NCBI GenBank assembly: GCA_964384035.1 | Contig: CAYLIB010000001.1 | Coordinates: 135,636-199,635, forward strand | DNA: 64,000 nucleotides | Origin: an uncultured Candidatus Saccharibacteria bacterium | GTDB taxonomy: Bacteria; Patescibacteriota; Doudnabacteria; UBA920 | Direction: 5' to 3' | Shown here: positions 1 to 10,200 of the stretch, piece after piece | Position numbering within the stretch: the first letter of the stretch is position 1 | How the letters are laid out: each line of letters begins with the position of its first letter | Program-made: the position numbers and the translations under genes | Notes under the pieces: model-generated | Database searches by the model: none | The model's input: only the letters and a program-made list of their open reading frames with translations | What the model was told of the DNA's origin: nothing

Positions 1-156
1 CAAGAGGATGTGTGGTACGCCGAAGAAGTATCCATGGTAACAAAAGAAGATAAAAGACGCTGGTCACTTTACTACCTAGGAACAGCACTCTTCCTCGGCT
101 TACTTTATTTTCTCTCCCTTTACCTAAAACCACTACTGTCTATTGGAGACATATAG
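1..156 (+). CDS. C-terminal fragment of a membrane protein (5' end lies outside the window)
   Basis: Open frame from position 1 to TAG at 154-156. Hydrophobic C-terminus (GTALFLGLLYFLSLYL). Followed by a hairpin and T-run. Confidence 0.3.
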   Translation, partial: QEDVWYAEEVSMVTKEDKRRWSLYYLGTALFLGLLYFLSLYLKPLLSIGDI

Positions 157-167
157 TCAAACTAAAA

Positions 168-201
168 CCGCGAAACTAGATTAAGTTTCGCGGCGTTTTT
201 T
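168..201. terminator. Bidirectional rho-independent terminator between two convergent genes
   Basis: Stem ccgcgaaact / agtttcgcgg with a T6 run on the + strand and an A-run upstream. Sits between the fragment ORF and the 3' end of the VanW-like gene. Confidence 0.5.
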
Positions 202-1510
202 ATTGGTTAGTCGGTATTGTTGGTGGGGGAGTTATTGGTGGAATGCCTACTGTAGGGTTAACTGGTTTAGTATCCAACTTTTCTTCTTTATGAAACAGTG
301 CAGGGGGTAAATAAACAGACTTGAATTCATCATGCTTCTCTTTACCATCTTTTATTACCGTCCTCTCCCAAATTGCCTTCATAGAACCATCACTTTTTCT
401 ATCGTACTGTACTGGTTTCTTTAGCTGTACAACTCGGTTATCTTTCGTGCCATAGAAATCAAACGCCAGGTTGTCTTTATCTACTAAATATGGCCATATT
501 AGAATACTTCCTGTCGTATCGTTCTTAAACCTAAAATCTATTCCACCACAGTAAGTAGTTGCATCGCTTCCTTGAGGGGAATAATACTGCACCGCATACG
601 AATGGTTCTTCCTCATAGTAATTGGCAAACCCGCCTTCATAGCCGCACGGTAGGTCGTAGAGGACACTTGGCACAAACCTCCACCATACTCTGGGACAGT
701 TCCTTCATCTGCACCTTTTATCACAAGCTCCGGAAGCCAACCACCCTCTTTATCTACAGGGCAAATGTTTTTATTGAAACTAAACTCTTCTCCTGGTGCA
801 ATTATCATTCCTCTGAGTCTAGACACCCCAATATTTATATTGTGCCTTCTGTTTTTAGGACTACCTCTGAAGTTTGATTCTCCTCTTGAAAGCAGGGTGT
901 CAATTCCAAGATCGTTTATTTCAGAGAGTTTTTTAGTCGGTGGTTCAATAACTGTAGTGGCCAAAACCTTAGTCTCGTTGTTTTGTAGCTTAGAAATAAT
1001 TTCCTCTGTTGTCTTCTTGTAGTCTACTAACAAACCATCGACAGGAGGAACAAAATTTTTAGCCCTACCACCCTCAATTTCGAGTATTGGTTCTTGGCTA
1101 GGCCTTACATAGTTTTTTGTGTTACTTATTACCCAGTTATATATAGGATTGGGGTCATAGTAATAGCTTGTCTGAGGAACCTGCACCGGCTTGTCTGGTA
1201 ACCCCGCAAAATATCTATTCGCAGACTCAGCTGTGTCTGTGGAAATCATGTTTCTGTCTATGTTCGGAAGAGTAACAGGATTCCTTAAGGGCTTAAGAAG
1301 CTCTTTGGGTAGAATAATTTGTTTAGCTTGAGGTTTACAACCAGAACAATTTAGGAGTATTTCAACTCCATTTTCTAGTATCTCTGTGGGTCTGGTAACA
1401 TCCACGGTTTGAGCGTAGGCAGGAGTGCTTTCGCCCACACAAAAACCCATTGCTATCAAAGACAAGAAAACTAAAATCCTAATCTTCAAATATTTTCTGT
1501 TTTTTCTCAT
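200..1510 (-). CDS. Secreted VanW-domain protein
   Basis: N-terminal signal peptide (MRKNRKYLKIRILVFLSLIAMGFCVG). VanW core motif EYGGGLCQVSSTTYRAAMKAGLPI...NHSY...GSDATTY...IDFRFKNDT. Confidence 0.7.
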   Translation of the reverse strand: MRKNRKYLKIRILVFLSLIAMGFCVGESTPAYAQTVDVTRPTEILENGVEILLNCSGCKPQAKQIILPKELLKPLRNPVTLPNIDRNMISTDTAESANRYFAGLPDKPVQVPQTSYYYDPNPIYNWVISNTKNYVRPSQEPILEIEGGRAKNFVPPVDGLLVDYKKTTEEIISKLQNNETKVLATTVIEPPTKKLSEINDLGIDTLLSRGESNFRGSPKNRRHNINIGVSRLRGMIIAPGEEFSFNKNICPVDKEGGWLPELVIKGADEGTVPEYGGGLCQVSSTTYRAAMKAGLPITMRKNHSYAVQYYSPQGSDATTYCGGIDFRFKNDTTGSILIWPYLVDKDNLAFDFYGTKDNRVVQLKKPVQYDRKSDGSMKAIWERTVIKDGKEKHDEFKSVYLPPALFHKEEKLDTKPVNPTVGIPPITPPPTIPTNQ

Positions 1511-1943
1511 TTTTTATTTCAATATATATCGTAGATTTTGGAAGAGCATGCTTAACTTTATCTGCCCACTCTATGAAAATCACAGCCTTAGGGTCATTAA
1601 ATAACTCAGCTATTCCTAATTGTAAAAATTCACTAGGATGCTTTAGACGATATACGTCTAAATGGTGTAGTTCTACTTCGGTCTCACTTCCCACAAGCAA
1701 GCCGGAATGTGTAGTCATGATAACAAAAGTCGGACTTGTTACATTGCTTTTCACCCGAAGTTCGCTTGCTATAAGTTTTACAAACGTAGTCTTTCCAGCC
1801 CCTAAGTTTCCTACCAAACCGAAGACCTCTCCACCCTTTATGTCTCCAGCTAGTTTTTTCGCCAAAACAGGCAGTTCGTCTATAACAACCTGGATATCTG
1901 GTAATTCTCTATTCTTCTTTGGTTTCTTTTGGGTTCTTTTCAT
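1479..1943 (-). CDS. tsaE: tRNA threonylcarbamoyladenosine biosynthesis protein TsaE (YjeE-type P-loop ATPase)
   Basis: Motifs GLVGNLGAGKTTFVKLIA and SPTF; about 150 aa. Overlaps the 3' end of the VanW-like gene by 32 nt on the same strand. Confidence 0.75.
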   Translation of the reverse strand: MKRTQKKPKKNRELPDIQVVIDELPVLAKKLAGDIKGGEVFGLVGNLGAGKTTFVKLIASELRVKSNVTSPTFVIMTTHSGLLVGSETEVELHHLDVYRLKHPSEFLQLGIAELFNDPKAVIFIEWADKVKHALPKSTIYIEIKNEKKQKIFED

Positions 1944-2148
1944 CTAATCAACTAAGTATATAAATTCTACCTACGTTGACTTCAGATGTAAAATTCCCTA
2001 TATTACCTAGCTTGCCAGAAAAAGAAGCGGAAACCGCTCTTTTTTTGTCTATTTTTACCCTTTTGCTATGATTGAATAGAGCTCGCCAAGAGGGTATATT
2101 GTTGCTAAATATGCGACGCTCCCCCTCATTTGAACAAAACTTTGTATT

Positions 2149-3303
2149 ATGGATGAAAAAATTGTTGAATCAGCAGTAGATAGAGTAAAAAATAGTAGTC
2201 GAATACTCATTTGCCTACCCAAATTTGTTACTCCCGAAATAGGTGCTACCGGTATTGCGGTTGCGGACTTTTTGAAGTCCCTAGGAAAAACCGTAACACT
2301 AAGTAGCCAAGAAGAACTGCCAAGCGAAATCGCATTTTTAGGTGGAAGCAGGGTGGGCAACATATCTTCTCTTACCGAAAAAAAATTAACCATCCAAGTA
2401 AATACAAAAGAGACCAAACTAGGAGAACTTACTTACGAAACCCTCGCTGATACTGCAGTTATTTATCTAACCCCAAAAGAAGGTGAATTCAAAGAATCAG
2501 ATGTAACGGTAATTTCAAAGTTAGAAAAACCAGAATGCATAATAACAATCGGAGCTACCAACCTAGAAGACCTTGGTGACCTCTATTCAAGCTCAGCAAA
2601 CCTTTTCTTTGAAACACCAATCATTAATATAGATGTAGAAGCCACCAATGAGTATTACGGAGCCCTAAATTTAGTAGATGTTACTCAAATTTCTGTCTCT
2701 GAGGTAGTCTATGAATTACTAGCCAGGTTGGATTCTGAAAAAATTTCCCCAAAAATAGCAACAGCCCTTCTCTCAGGAATAATTTCTAAGACACATAGTT
2801 TCCAAGACGTAAGAACAACACCTAAATCTTTTACGGTCGCAGCAAAACTTATGGACCTAGGTGGAGACCACCAAGAAGCAGTGCAGTACATCTATAAAAC
2901 AAAACCACTTGCGCTCTTGCAGGTTTGGGGTAGGGCATTGGCTCGCCTAAAGTCAGGCGACACTCCAGGGGTCTTAGTTTCGACTCTTACTCAACTCGAT
3001 TTAGATAAAACCGACTTCGAGAACTCAAACGTAAGACCCGAAAGTGTTCTCCACGAACTTTTAGACAATATATCTGGATTCAAAATAGTAGCACTACTAT
3101 TAGAACAAGATCAGCAAATAGATGCTTATTTAGCACTTCATCCACAAATCCACCAGGAAAAAATTACTTCAAGCATTCCAAGCACAGGAATAGTAAGTAC
3201 CTCTTTCAACTTTTACACCCTAGTTACTCTTTCCTTTATGGACCAGTCGCTAAGCGAAGCTGAAGAAGCGCTAAACAAAACTTTTGAACAGCTTCTTGGT
3301 TAG
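2149..3303 (+). CDS. DHH-family NrnA-like phosphoesterase homologue with a degenerate DHH motif
   Basis: DHH-family linker motif LLSGIISKTHSF, as in NrnA. The canonical IDHH motif is replaced by NIDVEAT and the N-terminal Asp motif is not evident, suggesting a catalytically impaired pseudoenzyme. Confidence 0.45.
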   Translation: MDEKIVESAVDRVKNSSRILICLPKFVTPEIGATGIAVADFLKSLGKTVTLSSQEELPSEIAFLGGSRVGNISSLTEKKLTIQVNTKETKLGELTYETLADTAVIYLTPKEGEFKESDVTVISKLEKPECIITIGATNLEDLGDLYSSSANLFFETPIINIDVEATNEYYGALNLVDVTQISVSEVVYELLARLDSEKISPKIATALLSGIISKTHSFQDVRTTPKSFTVAAKLMDLGGDHQEAVQYIYKTKPLALLQVWGRALARLKSGDTPGVLVSTLTQLDLDKTDFENSNVRPESVLHELLDNISGFKIVALLLEQDQQIDAYLALHPQIHQEKITSSIPSTGIVSTSFNFYTLVTLSFMDQSLSEAEEALNKTFEQLLG

Positions 3304-3313
3304 TAACTTCTAA

Positions 3314-3343
3314 AAATAACCCTTCAGGAGGGTTATTTTTTTA
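3314..3343 (+). terminator. Rho-independent terminator after 2149..3303
   Basis: Stem aataaccc / gggttatt with loop ttcagga, then T7. Confidence 0.55.
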
Positions 3344-3388
3344 TGCATAACTTGTTACTTTTTACATGTAACTCTAGAATAAGAAGGT

Positions 3389-5035
3389 ATGGCAAACTCT
3401 TTTTTACACGATCCAAAAAAACTAGATACTGCACTAGGCGAATTCAATCGCAAGCTTCAAGAAGAAGAAGCTGTCTATCAGGCAAAGCAGTCTGGTCTAC
3501 CATATATGAATTTTAGAAATTTTCCGGTAGACCTTTCCGTATTGAGCATGCTCACTTTTGAGGAAGCAAAAACAGCAGAGAGTGTTGTTTTCTACAAAGA
3601 CAAGAATGATCTCAGAATAGCAACCATAAATCCAAGCAACACACTTCTCGCAAACAAATTAGCCGAGTGGAAACAAAAGTATCAAACAAGTATATATGTA
3701 ATTTCAAAAGTAAACTTTGAATCAGTCCTAAAATTCTATCAAAAAGTAACAGGGCCGGGTGCAAGTAGGGACGAGACCATTAGGGTACTTAAAAAAGAAG
3801 ATTTAGACGAAGACTTCTATGCCCTAAAAGACAATATTTTACAGAACACTCTTACACACACAGAAATTCTCACCCGAGTTTTTGGAGCAGCTGTGTTTTT
3901 AGGTGCTTCCGATATTCACCTGGAACCAGAAAACGAATTTATAAAAGTAAGATTCAGAATAGACGGAGTTCTTCAAGATGTATTGCATTTCCAAAAAACC
4001 CTCCAAAAACCATTGGTTTCAAGAATAAAAATTCAGAGCAAAATAAAACTTAACGTAGAAAACGTCCCCCAAGATGGAAGAATTGGTTTTTTCTACCAAA
4101 ATACTCCCATAGACGTGCGTGTTTCCACACTTCCCTCTGCTTTTGGTGAAAGCATTGTTATGCGTCTATTAAACTCCAGTAGTCTGACCGTGGGTTTCAA
4201 CGACCTTGGGTTTACAGGGAGAGCAAGAGAAGTTGTCTATACCGAGCTAAAAAAACCAAACGGGATGATTATTACCACAGGCCCCACCGGAAGCGGTAAA
4301 ACCACCACGCTATATACTTTCTTAAAAGAACTCAACGAACCCGGTGTAAAAATTATTACTATAGAGGACCCAGTCGAATACAAACTAGAAGGAATAACCC
4401 AAACCCCAATAGACCACAATGCCAACTACGACTTTAGCAAAGCCCTTCGGGCAATTCTCAGGCAAGACCCAGACATTGTGATGGTAGGAGAAATTAGAGA
4501 CGGAGAAACCGCAGATACAGCAGCACAAGCCGCCCTCACTGGTCACGTCGTACTAAGCACACTCCACACTAACGACGCAGCCGGAGCAGTGCCAAGACTA
4601 TACAACATGGGTGTTAAACCATTTGTTCTCGGTCCTGCCCTAAACTGTGTCATTGCACAGCGGCTTGTTAGAAAAATTTGCTCTTATTGTAAAACCCAGG
4701 ATATCCCGGACGAAAAAATTCTAGCTAGAGTGAAGGCAATTCTAGGCACCGTCCCAGAAAAAAGTGGTATAAAAGTTCCAGCCGAACTAAAATTTCAAAA
4801 GTCTCCTGGTTGTGACCGCTGTCACAAACTTGGCTACAAAGGCCGAATCGGAATATTTGAAGTTATAGAAATAAACGACGAGATGCGCGAGCTAATCTCC
4901 ACCGAACCCTCAATGGTTCAAGTAAAAAAACTAGCTATCGCCAACGGAATGCTTACATTAGTTCAAGACGGACTACTAAAAGCCCTAGACGGTATAACCG
5001 ACATAAACGAAGTCTTCCGCGTAGCAGGGGAGTAG
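3389..5035 (+). CDS. Type II secretion / type IV pilus assembly ATPase (GspE/PilB family)
   Basis: Walker A GPTGSGKTTTLYT; Walker B/Asp box MVGEIRD; His box; C-terminal tetracysteine CSYCK...CDRCHKLGYKGRIGIFEV. Confidence 0.85.
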   Translation: MANSFLHDPKKLDTALGEFNRKLQEEEAVYQAKQSGLPYMNFRNFPVDLSVLSMLTFEEAKTAESVVFYKDKNDLRIATINPSNTLLANKLAEWKQKYQTSIYVISKVNFESVLKFYQKVTGPGASRDETIRVLKKEDLDEDFYALKDNILQNTLTHTEILTRVFGAAVFLGASDIHLEPENEFIKVRFRIDGVLQDVLHFQKTLQKPLVSRIKIQSKIKLNVENVPQDGRIGFFYQNTPIDVRVSTLPSAFGESIVMRLLNSSSLTVGFNDLGFTGRAREVVYTELKKPNGMIITTGPTGSGKTTTLYTFLKELNEPGVKIITIEDPVEYKLEGITQTPIDHNANYDFSKALRAILRQDPDIVMVGEIRDGETADTAAQAALTGHVVLSTLHTNDAAGAVPRLYNMGVKPFVLGPALNCVIAQRLVRKICSYCKTQDIPDEKILARVKAILGTVPEKSGIKVPAELKFQKSPGCDRCHKLGYKGRIGIFEVIEINDEMRELISTEPSMVQVKKLAIANGMLTLVQDGLLKALDGITDINEVFRVAGE

Positions 5036-5052
5036 GAAAAAACCAAAAACAA

Positions 5053-5090
5053 AAGACTCTTCGCTTTTAGCGAAAGAGTCTTTTTTTGTT
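5053..5090 (+). terminator. Rho-independent terminator after the GspE/PilB gene
   Basis: Stem gactcttcgct / agcgaaagagtc followed by T7. Confidence 0.55.
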
Positions 5091-5282
5091 TTCAACAAAA
5101 ACCCAATAAAAATGGGGTGTAGGTTTTTTTCTACACGGTCAAAATTTTAATCCACAAGTTACGCAATTGGATTCTGGTAAACAATCATAATGTGAAACAG
5201 AGAAACACTATGTGGATATCATGTGTCCATAGGATATTCATAACCTATACACACTTATACACAAGTTATTAACAACAGTGGA

Positions 5283-5310
5283 TAAAAAAAGACCAGTCTA
5301 TTACTGGTCT
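5283..5310 (-). terminator. Rho-independent terminator of 5301..6047
   Basis: Hairpin agaccagt-ctatt-actggtct overlapping the stop codon. On the - strand it is followed by T7 (the A7 run at 5283-5289). Confidence 0.45.
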
Positions 5311-6047
5311 ATAACAACCTCGTATCCGGATTTCTCTAAGTGGTCGATTATCAACTCTTTTATATCCGCAAATTTTTTTTGTGGCATACGCACTATGAAC
5401 GTATGGGGATGATCTTCATTTGGCTCAAGATACACTTCCACCTCATCATCTGCTTCAATCGCATCCAACAGGTCTGATGAAAACTCTGATAGCGAACCTC
5501 GTCGCGCGAGAGGAAAGTCTATGTCGAACTGTACTTCCACAAACTCTTTCCCGTCTGTGTTCTGGACTATCATCGCAAAAGCCAAACGAGCTTTTCTTTT
5601 GAATTTTTCTGTGCTCACTTTAGGGTGTAATCCGAAATGCTTCATACACATACTATTTACATAAGCTATTCCATCTGAATCACTTACGTTCGTAGTAAAT
5701 TGAACTAAAAAAGCAGTTTCGCTCATGGACCCAACCTCGTAAAGATTCTTAATTACTCGAGGTGTTTTCCAAAGATCTTCATAAAAATCCTCAGCTTTCT
5801 TGGTATTTCGACCAGAGGGTTGCTTGAGAATCTCTTCTGGAAGCGTAAATCCGTATAGCTGGTTACTAAGTACACGAGTTTTGGGGATCTGGGCGAAGGT
5901 TGTAGCATTCAGTATAAGTAACATGCATACAGCTTGAGTCAGTCCTGCTATAAAATGCTCGACCAACTCGGTCTTAAGAATAAACCTAACTATCTTGCGA
6001 GTTTTCATAAGATAATTATTCCTCCAGTTGAATATATGGAATCTCAA
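5301..6047 (-). CDS. Hypothetical protein
   Basis: 248-aa ORF at background GC with its own terminator. No recognisable motif. Confidence 0.45.
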   Translation of the reverse strand: MRFHIFNWRNNYLMKTRKIVRFILKTELVEHFIAGLTQAVCMLLILNATTFAQIPKTRVLSNQLYGFTLPEEILKQPSGRNTKKAEDFYEDLWKTPRVIKNLYEVGSMSETAFLVQFTTNVSDSDGIAYVNSMCMKHFGLHPKVSTEKFKRKARLAFAMIVQNTDGKEFVEVQFDIDFPLARRGSLSEFSSDLLDAIEADDEVEVYLEPNEDHPHTFIVRMPQKKFADIKELIIDHLEKSGYEVVIDQ

Positions 6048-6537
6048 TTGCCAATATTAACAATACCTAACCTAGTCTGTCTAACTTATAATCATATAAA
6101 CTTAAAACACAATGTTAATTATATAGCCAAAAACAAAAAAACCCTTTAAATAAGGGATTAATTAAGCAATACTATTGACAAATATCCAAATTTCTGATAT
6201 ACTAACACTTAAATTAAATAAGAAAAGAATTATTTCCACACCTTTTATTTCAAGCCCACATTTAGAAAATGATGTAAAACACGAAATCCTGTGGCTAGAA
6301 AGTAAGAATAAATAAAAGGGGTGCAAATACTCTGTACATACCTTCACCGTTTCAACTCATAAACAAGGAAACAGGTTGCAAGATTTATGTGCAGAGTATT
6401 TGCACCCTTTTTGATTATCTATTATACACAAGTCTCAGATTTTTTCAAGCCAATACCCATTTACAGATTTAGATTAATGTATTATTTTTACCTACTATTA
6501 AAATTTGCTACTATTTAACAGAAGGGGGGGAAAGATA

Positions 6538-6882
6538 ATGAGGCCAGAAAAAAACAAACCAGTAAACAATCGGTTTGATGAATATGGAAAACCAAACTTC
6601 TCTGCGTACGTAAAAAGCCTAGCCACTAACAGAAAAACGATACGCGATAATAGCTTTCAAGCAGAGGCTACTATTTATTTTTGGTGGAAGCGGCAAATTT
6701 CACACATTTGGAATGATGAAGAAGTTCAATACTTCGAAGTACTAGAGAACGACTGTATGGTTGTAGGTATCATACTTTTTCACCCGCTTTGGGAGTTAAA
6801 GATGCTTATAACAGAACCACACCTCGCAGATGTGCTGCTTATGAAAATTTATTCCCAGAATTTAGAATTTCAAGAACAATAA
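6538..6882 (+). CDS. Hypothetical small protein
   Basis: ATG at 6538 preceded by RBS aagggggggaaag. The track's 6505 start is an upstream in-frame alternative. Confidence 0.3.
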   Translation: MRPEKNKPVNNRFDEYGKPNFSAYVKSLATNRKTIRDNSFQAEATIYFWWKRQISHIWNDEEVQYFEVLENDCMVVGIILFHPLWELKMLITEPHLADVLLMKIYSQNLEFQEQ

Positions 6883-7244
6883 AGTCTTGAATTTTTTTTT
6901 ATTCTATGCTATAATACGAGTAACGTTTCAATAAATTATTGGCGAAGATCAAAATAATCAACGCCAATTCGAAACAAAAACACAATTAATTAAGCGCTAT
7001 GAACACTGGCACGTAAAGGCTCCGTTGCCAAACTCGCTTTTGAGTTAATATTCAATTATTTCAAACGAAAAATTTTAACGCAATGAACGTAATTACGGTA
7101 AAAATTTTTTGAAAGTTTGCAGCCGAAGTAATTGAAAATTAGACAAAATGGAGTTTGACAACAGAGCCGTATGCTCACGCGCAAGTATTTATAGCCGAAA
7201 GCTATACCCCTCAAGCCAAAATTAGCTAGAGGGCGAAAACAAAA

Positions 7245-10200
7245 ATGGAATACCATCCAATGTTTCCAAAGCAGGGGAGTATCAATACCCCAGCTAGACC
7301 CAAACCCTCATTAGGGTCCTTGTTAGTGGAAATAGTAAACGAAAAAGTTCACAGCGGATTAGCAGCCGCTTCCTTGGCTTTTATGTTTTTATTAGTCGGT
7401 TCAATTTCTCTAACTCTACCAGTCGACCCGAGTTTTAGCACTGGTTATCCCAGCTCGTACGCTAGTATTGCTAAGGCGAAAGCAATTGTTCTTGGTGACT
7501 CTACTACTTTACCATCAGGAACCGTTTATCCAGATGCTCGAACAGTATCGCCTGTAAAATGTCGCGGCGGACAATTACAGAATGGCCAGTTTTGTGTTTA
7601 CAGCTTCATAGATTTTAGTACCGGACAACACTTTGTTTATCCAGCTCCTGAGACTGCCACTAACCAAAATCCTTACATAACTTCCACTATTAACAACGAT
7701 TGGGACAAAGGTGTAATAAAAGGTACAAGCGGAAGAAAAGACAATATATCCATAAGGTGGGTAGGAAACATTGAGTTCAAAAAAGGTTTATATGCTTTTA
7801 GTACGCGAAGCGATGACGGTATTCGCATAAGTGTAAATTCATCACGTATTAATCTATCTGCTACTAACGGTACGTCAGTGCAGGCTTATGCGGACCACGG
7901 TCCAACAGATTTTAAAGGTTATGTATATATAGAAACCCCAGGAACAAAAGAAATAGTCGTTGAATATTATGAAAATACCGGGCTCGCTGTAGCCAAAGTA
8001 TCCTTGAATGAATACCTAGGTGATCCCCTTGCAAAAGGCGGCTCATCTACAAGTCTAATACCAAACGCAAAAAACTACGCAGAGTTGCTTGGGGTAACCC
8101 ACGTTGCCGGTAATTATAGATTCACTAACAAAACTTTCCTCGAGGAAGGCACAGATGCTGTTGCTGAAACCGGAGCAAGAACGATTGGAATTTGGATGGG
8201 GCCAGACTATCAAAAACAGTACCATGATTCTAACCTGCCAGCAGGAATAACCAGCCTAAAAGCACTTGCTGAAACAAGTCCTTTTAAATCTGTTTTTGCA
8301 AATAGCAATTTTGATACATATATATTAACCACTTATACCTTCAGTAACTTCTTCAATACTTTTGATGGCAGCTGGAATTCCCCAATAAATCAAAGTATAT
8401 ATAACAAAGAAGTAATTGAAATGAAGGATTTGGCTGTTTATCTAAGCCAAACATACCCAAATAAAAAGTTCATTCTAAAAAATTGGGAAGGGGACTGGCA
8501 GGTTCAAGGCAATTTCGCTCTAAATGGCAGCGAAGCTATCCCAAGCAACTCTAGAATAGAAGCTATGACAAATTGGTTGAGGGCAAGACAGGAGGGTGTA
8601 GTTCAAGCCAGAACCCAGACTGGTAAAAATAATATTTATCATGCCGTTGAATTTAACAGTTTAAGAAAGTGTGATTCCAACGGACAGAACTGTCTTCTTA
8701 CTCGAACAAACCTCTTAAACAACGTTATAGGAAACGTAGACAGCGACCTCCTCTCTTATTCTGCTTACGGAACAACAAACGGAGGAGATAGAGAAAAAAT
8801 ATTCTCAGATATTCAATATATTAAATCACACCCCTCAGCAAAATCCAGAAATCTTATCCTTTCAGAGTTCGTGGCGATTGGTGGTCAAGATAATGTTCAA
8901 ATGTTAAAGAACCAAGCTAAGGCATTTTTAGATGCAGGTGTGGTAAGGGCAATTTATTGGGAAATCTATGACAATGTTTGCGCCCTAAATTCAACCGGGA
9001 CTGCACAGCTAGACCCAAACTGTGTTTCTTTTGGACTTATAGATAGAACCGGAGCTAGAACTCCCCAGTTCAATACATTAAAAGACCTTATTTCATCTTC
9101 ATCACAGCAAAGTTATTCTATTTTAGGAATTCAGCGTTTCAATCAAAACCTGACTGGTAATCAATCATATATTAACACCGACGAAATGGTAGTGGGTCAG
9201 TATATGCTTTTATATGGTACGTTCCCTTCTACTGGTGCTGAAGTCTGGATCGGCGGCGAGCAGGTACCAGCTTCAAATGTTGCAGCAGCACTTTCGACTA
9301 GTGCAACCACAAACCAGATAAATGTAAAAATCGATAAACAGTACTACGCCCAAGCTTCTCCAACCGGCTTTTATCCGGTAGTCGTAAAGAAGAATGGTGT
9401 TAGTTCAAACGAAAAGTTAATTAGATATCAAAGTTCTCAAACCACTACTTTAACATGTCCAACCCCACAAAATATTAATGGGATTGTTACCTCATGTTAT
9501 TACAACGACAAAGCCCCAGTATACGCACATTTTCAGTCAGTCGATTTAGTAGAAACAAGAATAACCGACGGTCCAACCCAGGACGGTTATATGTTTAATA
9601 AAGATTGGGCAAAAAATACACCGGGTTCCAAAATAAACCCAGATCATTTTTCAGCTACATACCAGGGATATTTTCCTTTCGATGGGGGAGAGTATAAGTT
9701 TACAGCACGCACCGACGACGGTATGCGCGTATGGATAGAAGCATCTGGTGTTGCTTATACTGTTTTAGACAAATTTACAGACCAGGGCGCAACGACCTAC
9801 ACCAACACAATTAAATTACCCGCAGGTAGTCACCTTGTAAAAGTTGAGTATTATGAAAATGTAGGTGATGCTGTAGCAAGTCTAAGATGGGACAAGTTAA
9901 CTCCTATAGAAACAACTAAAGAAATAAATAGTGTCACCGTCTCTCCTTACACAACCCCAGCAGGCCAGAGTGGGTACATTAAAGGTTATCCAATCGGTGT
10001 ATCTTGGACTGCTTCCAATATTACCAACGGCTATACTGTTGAATTAATGTTTAACGATAGTGGTACAGCAAGGGGTGTCGGAATTCTTTCGAGTAGGACG
10101 ACCTCAAGCAGTGGTAGCTATTCATTGCCCACAAGTATTGGTACAGGCGGAGCTTTCTTTGTAAGAGTATGTGAATATACAACCGGAACTTGTTCCAATG

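Noticed and set aside
572-1022. Small plus-strand ORFs inside the VanW gene; similar short ORFs lie inside polA, recQ and the giant proteins
   Set aside because: They are fully embedded antisense or off-frame in genes with clear domain signatures. They have no RBS and no conservation signal.
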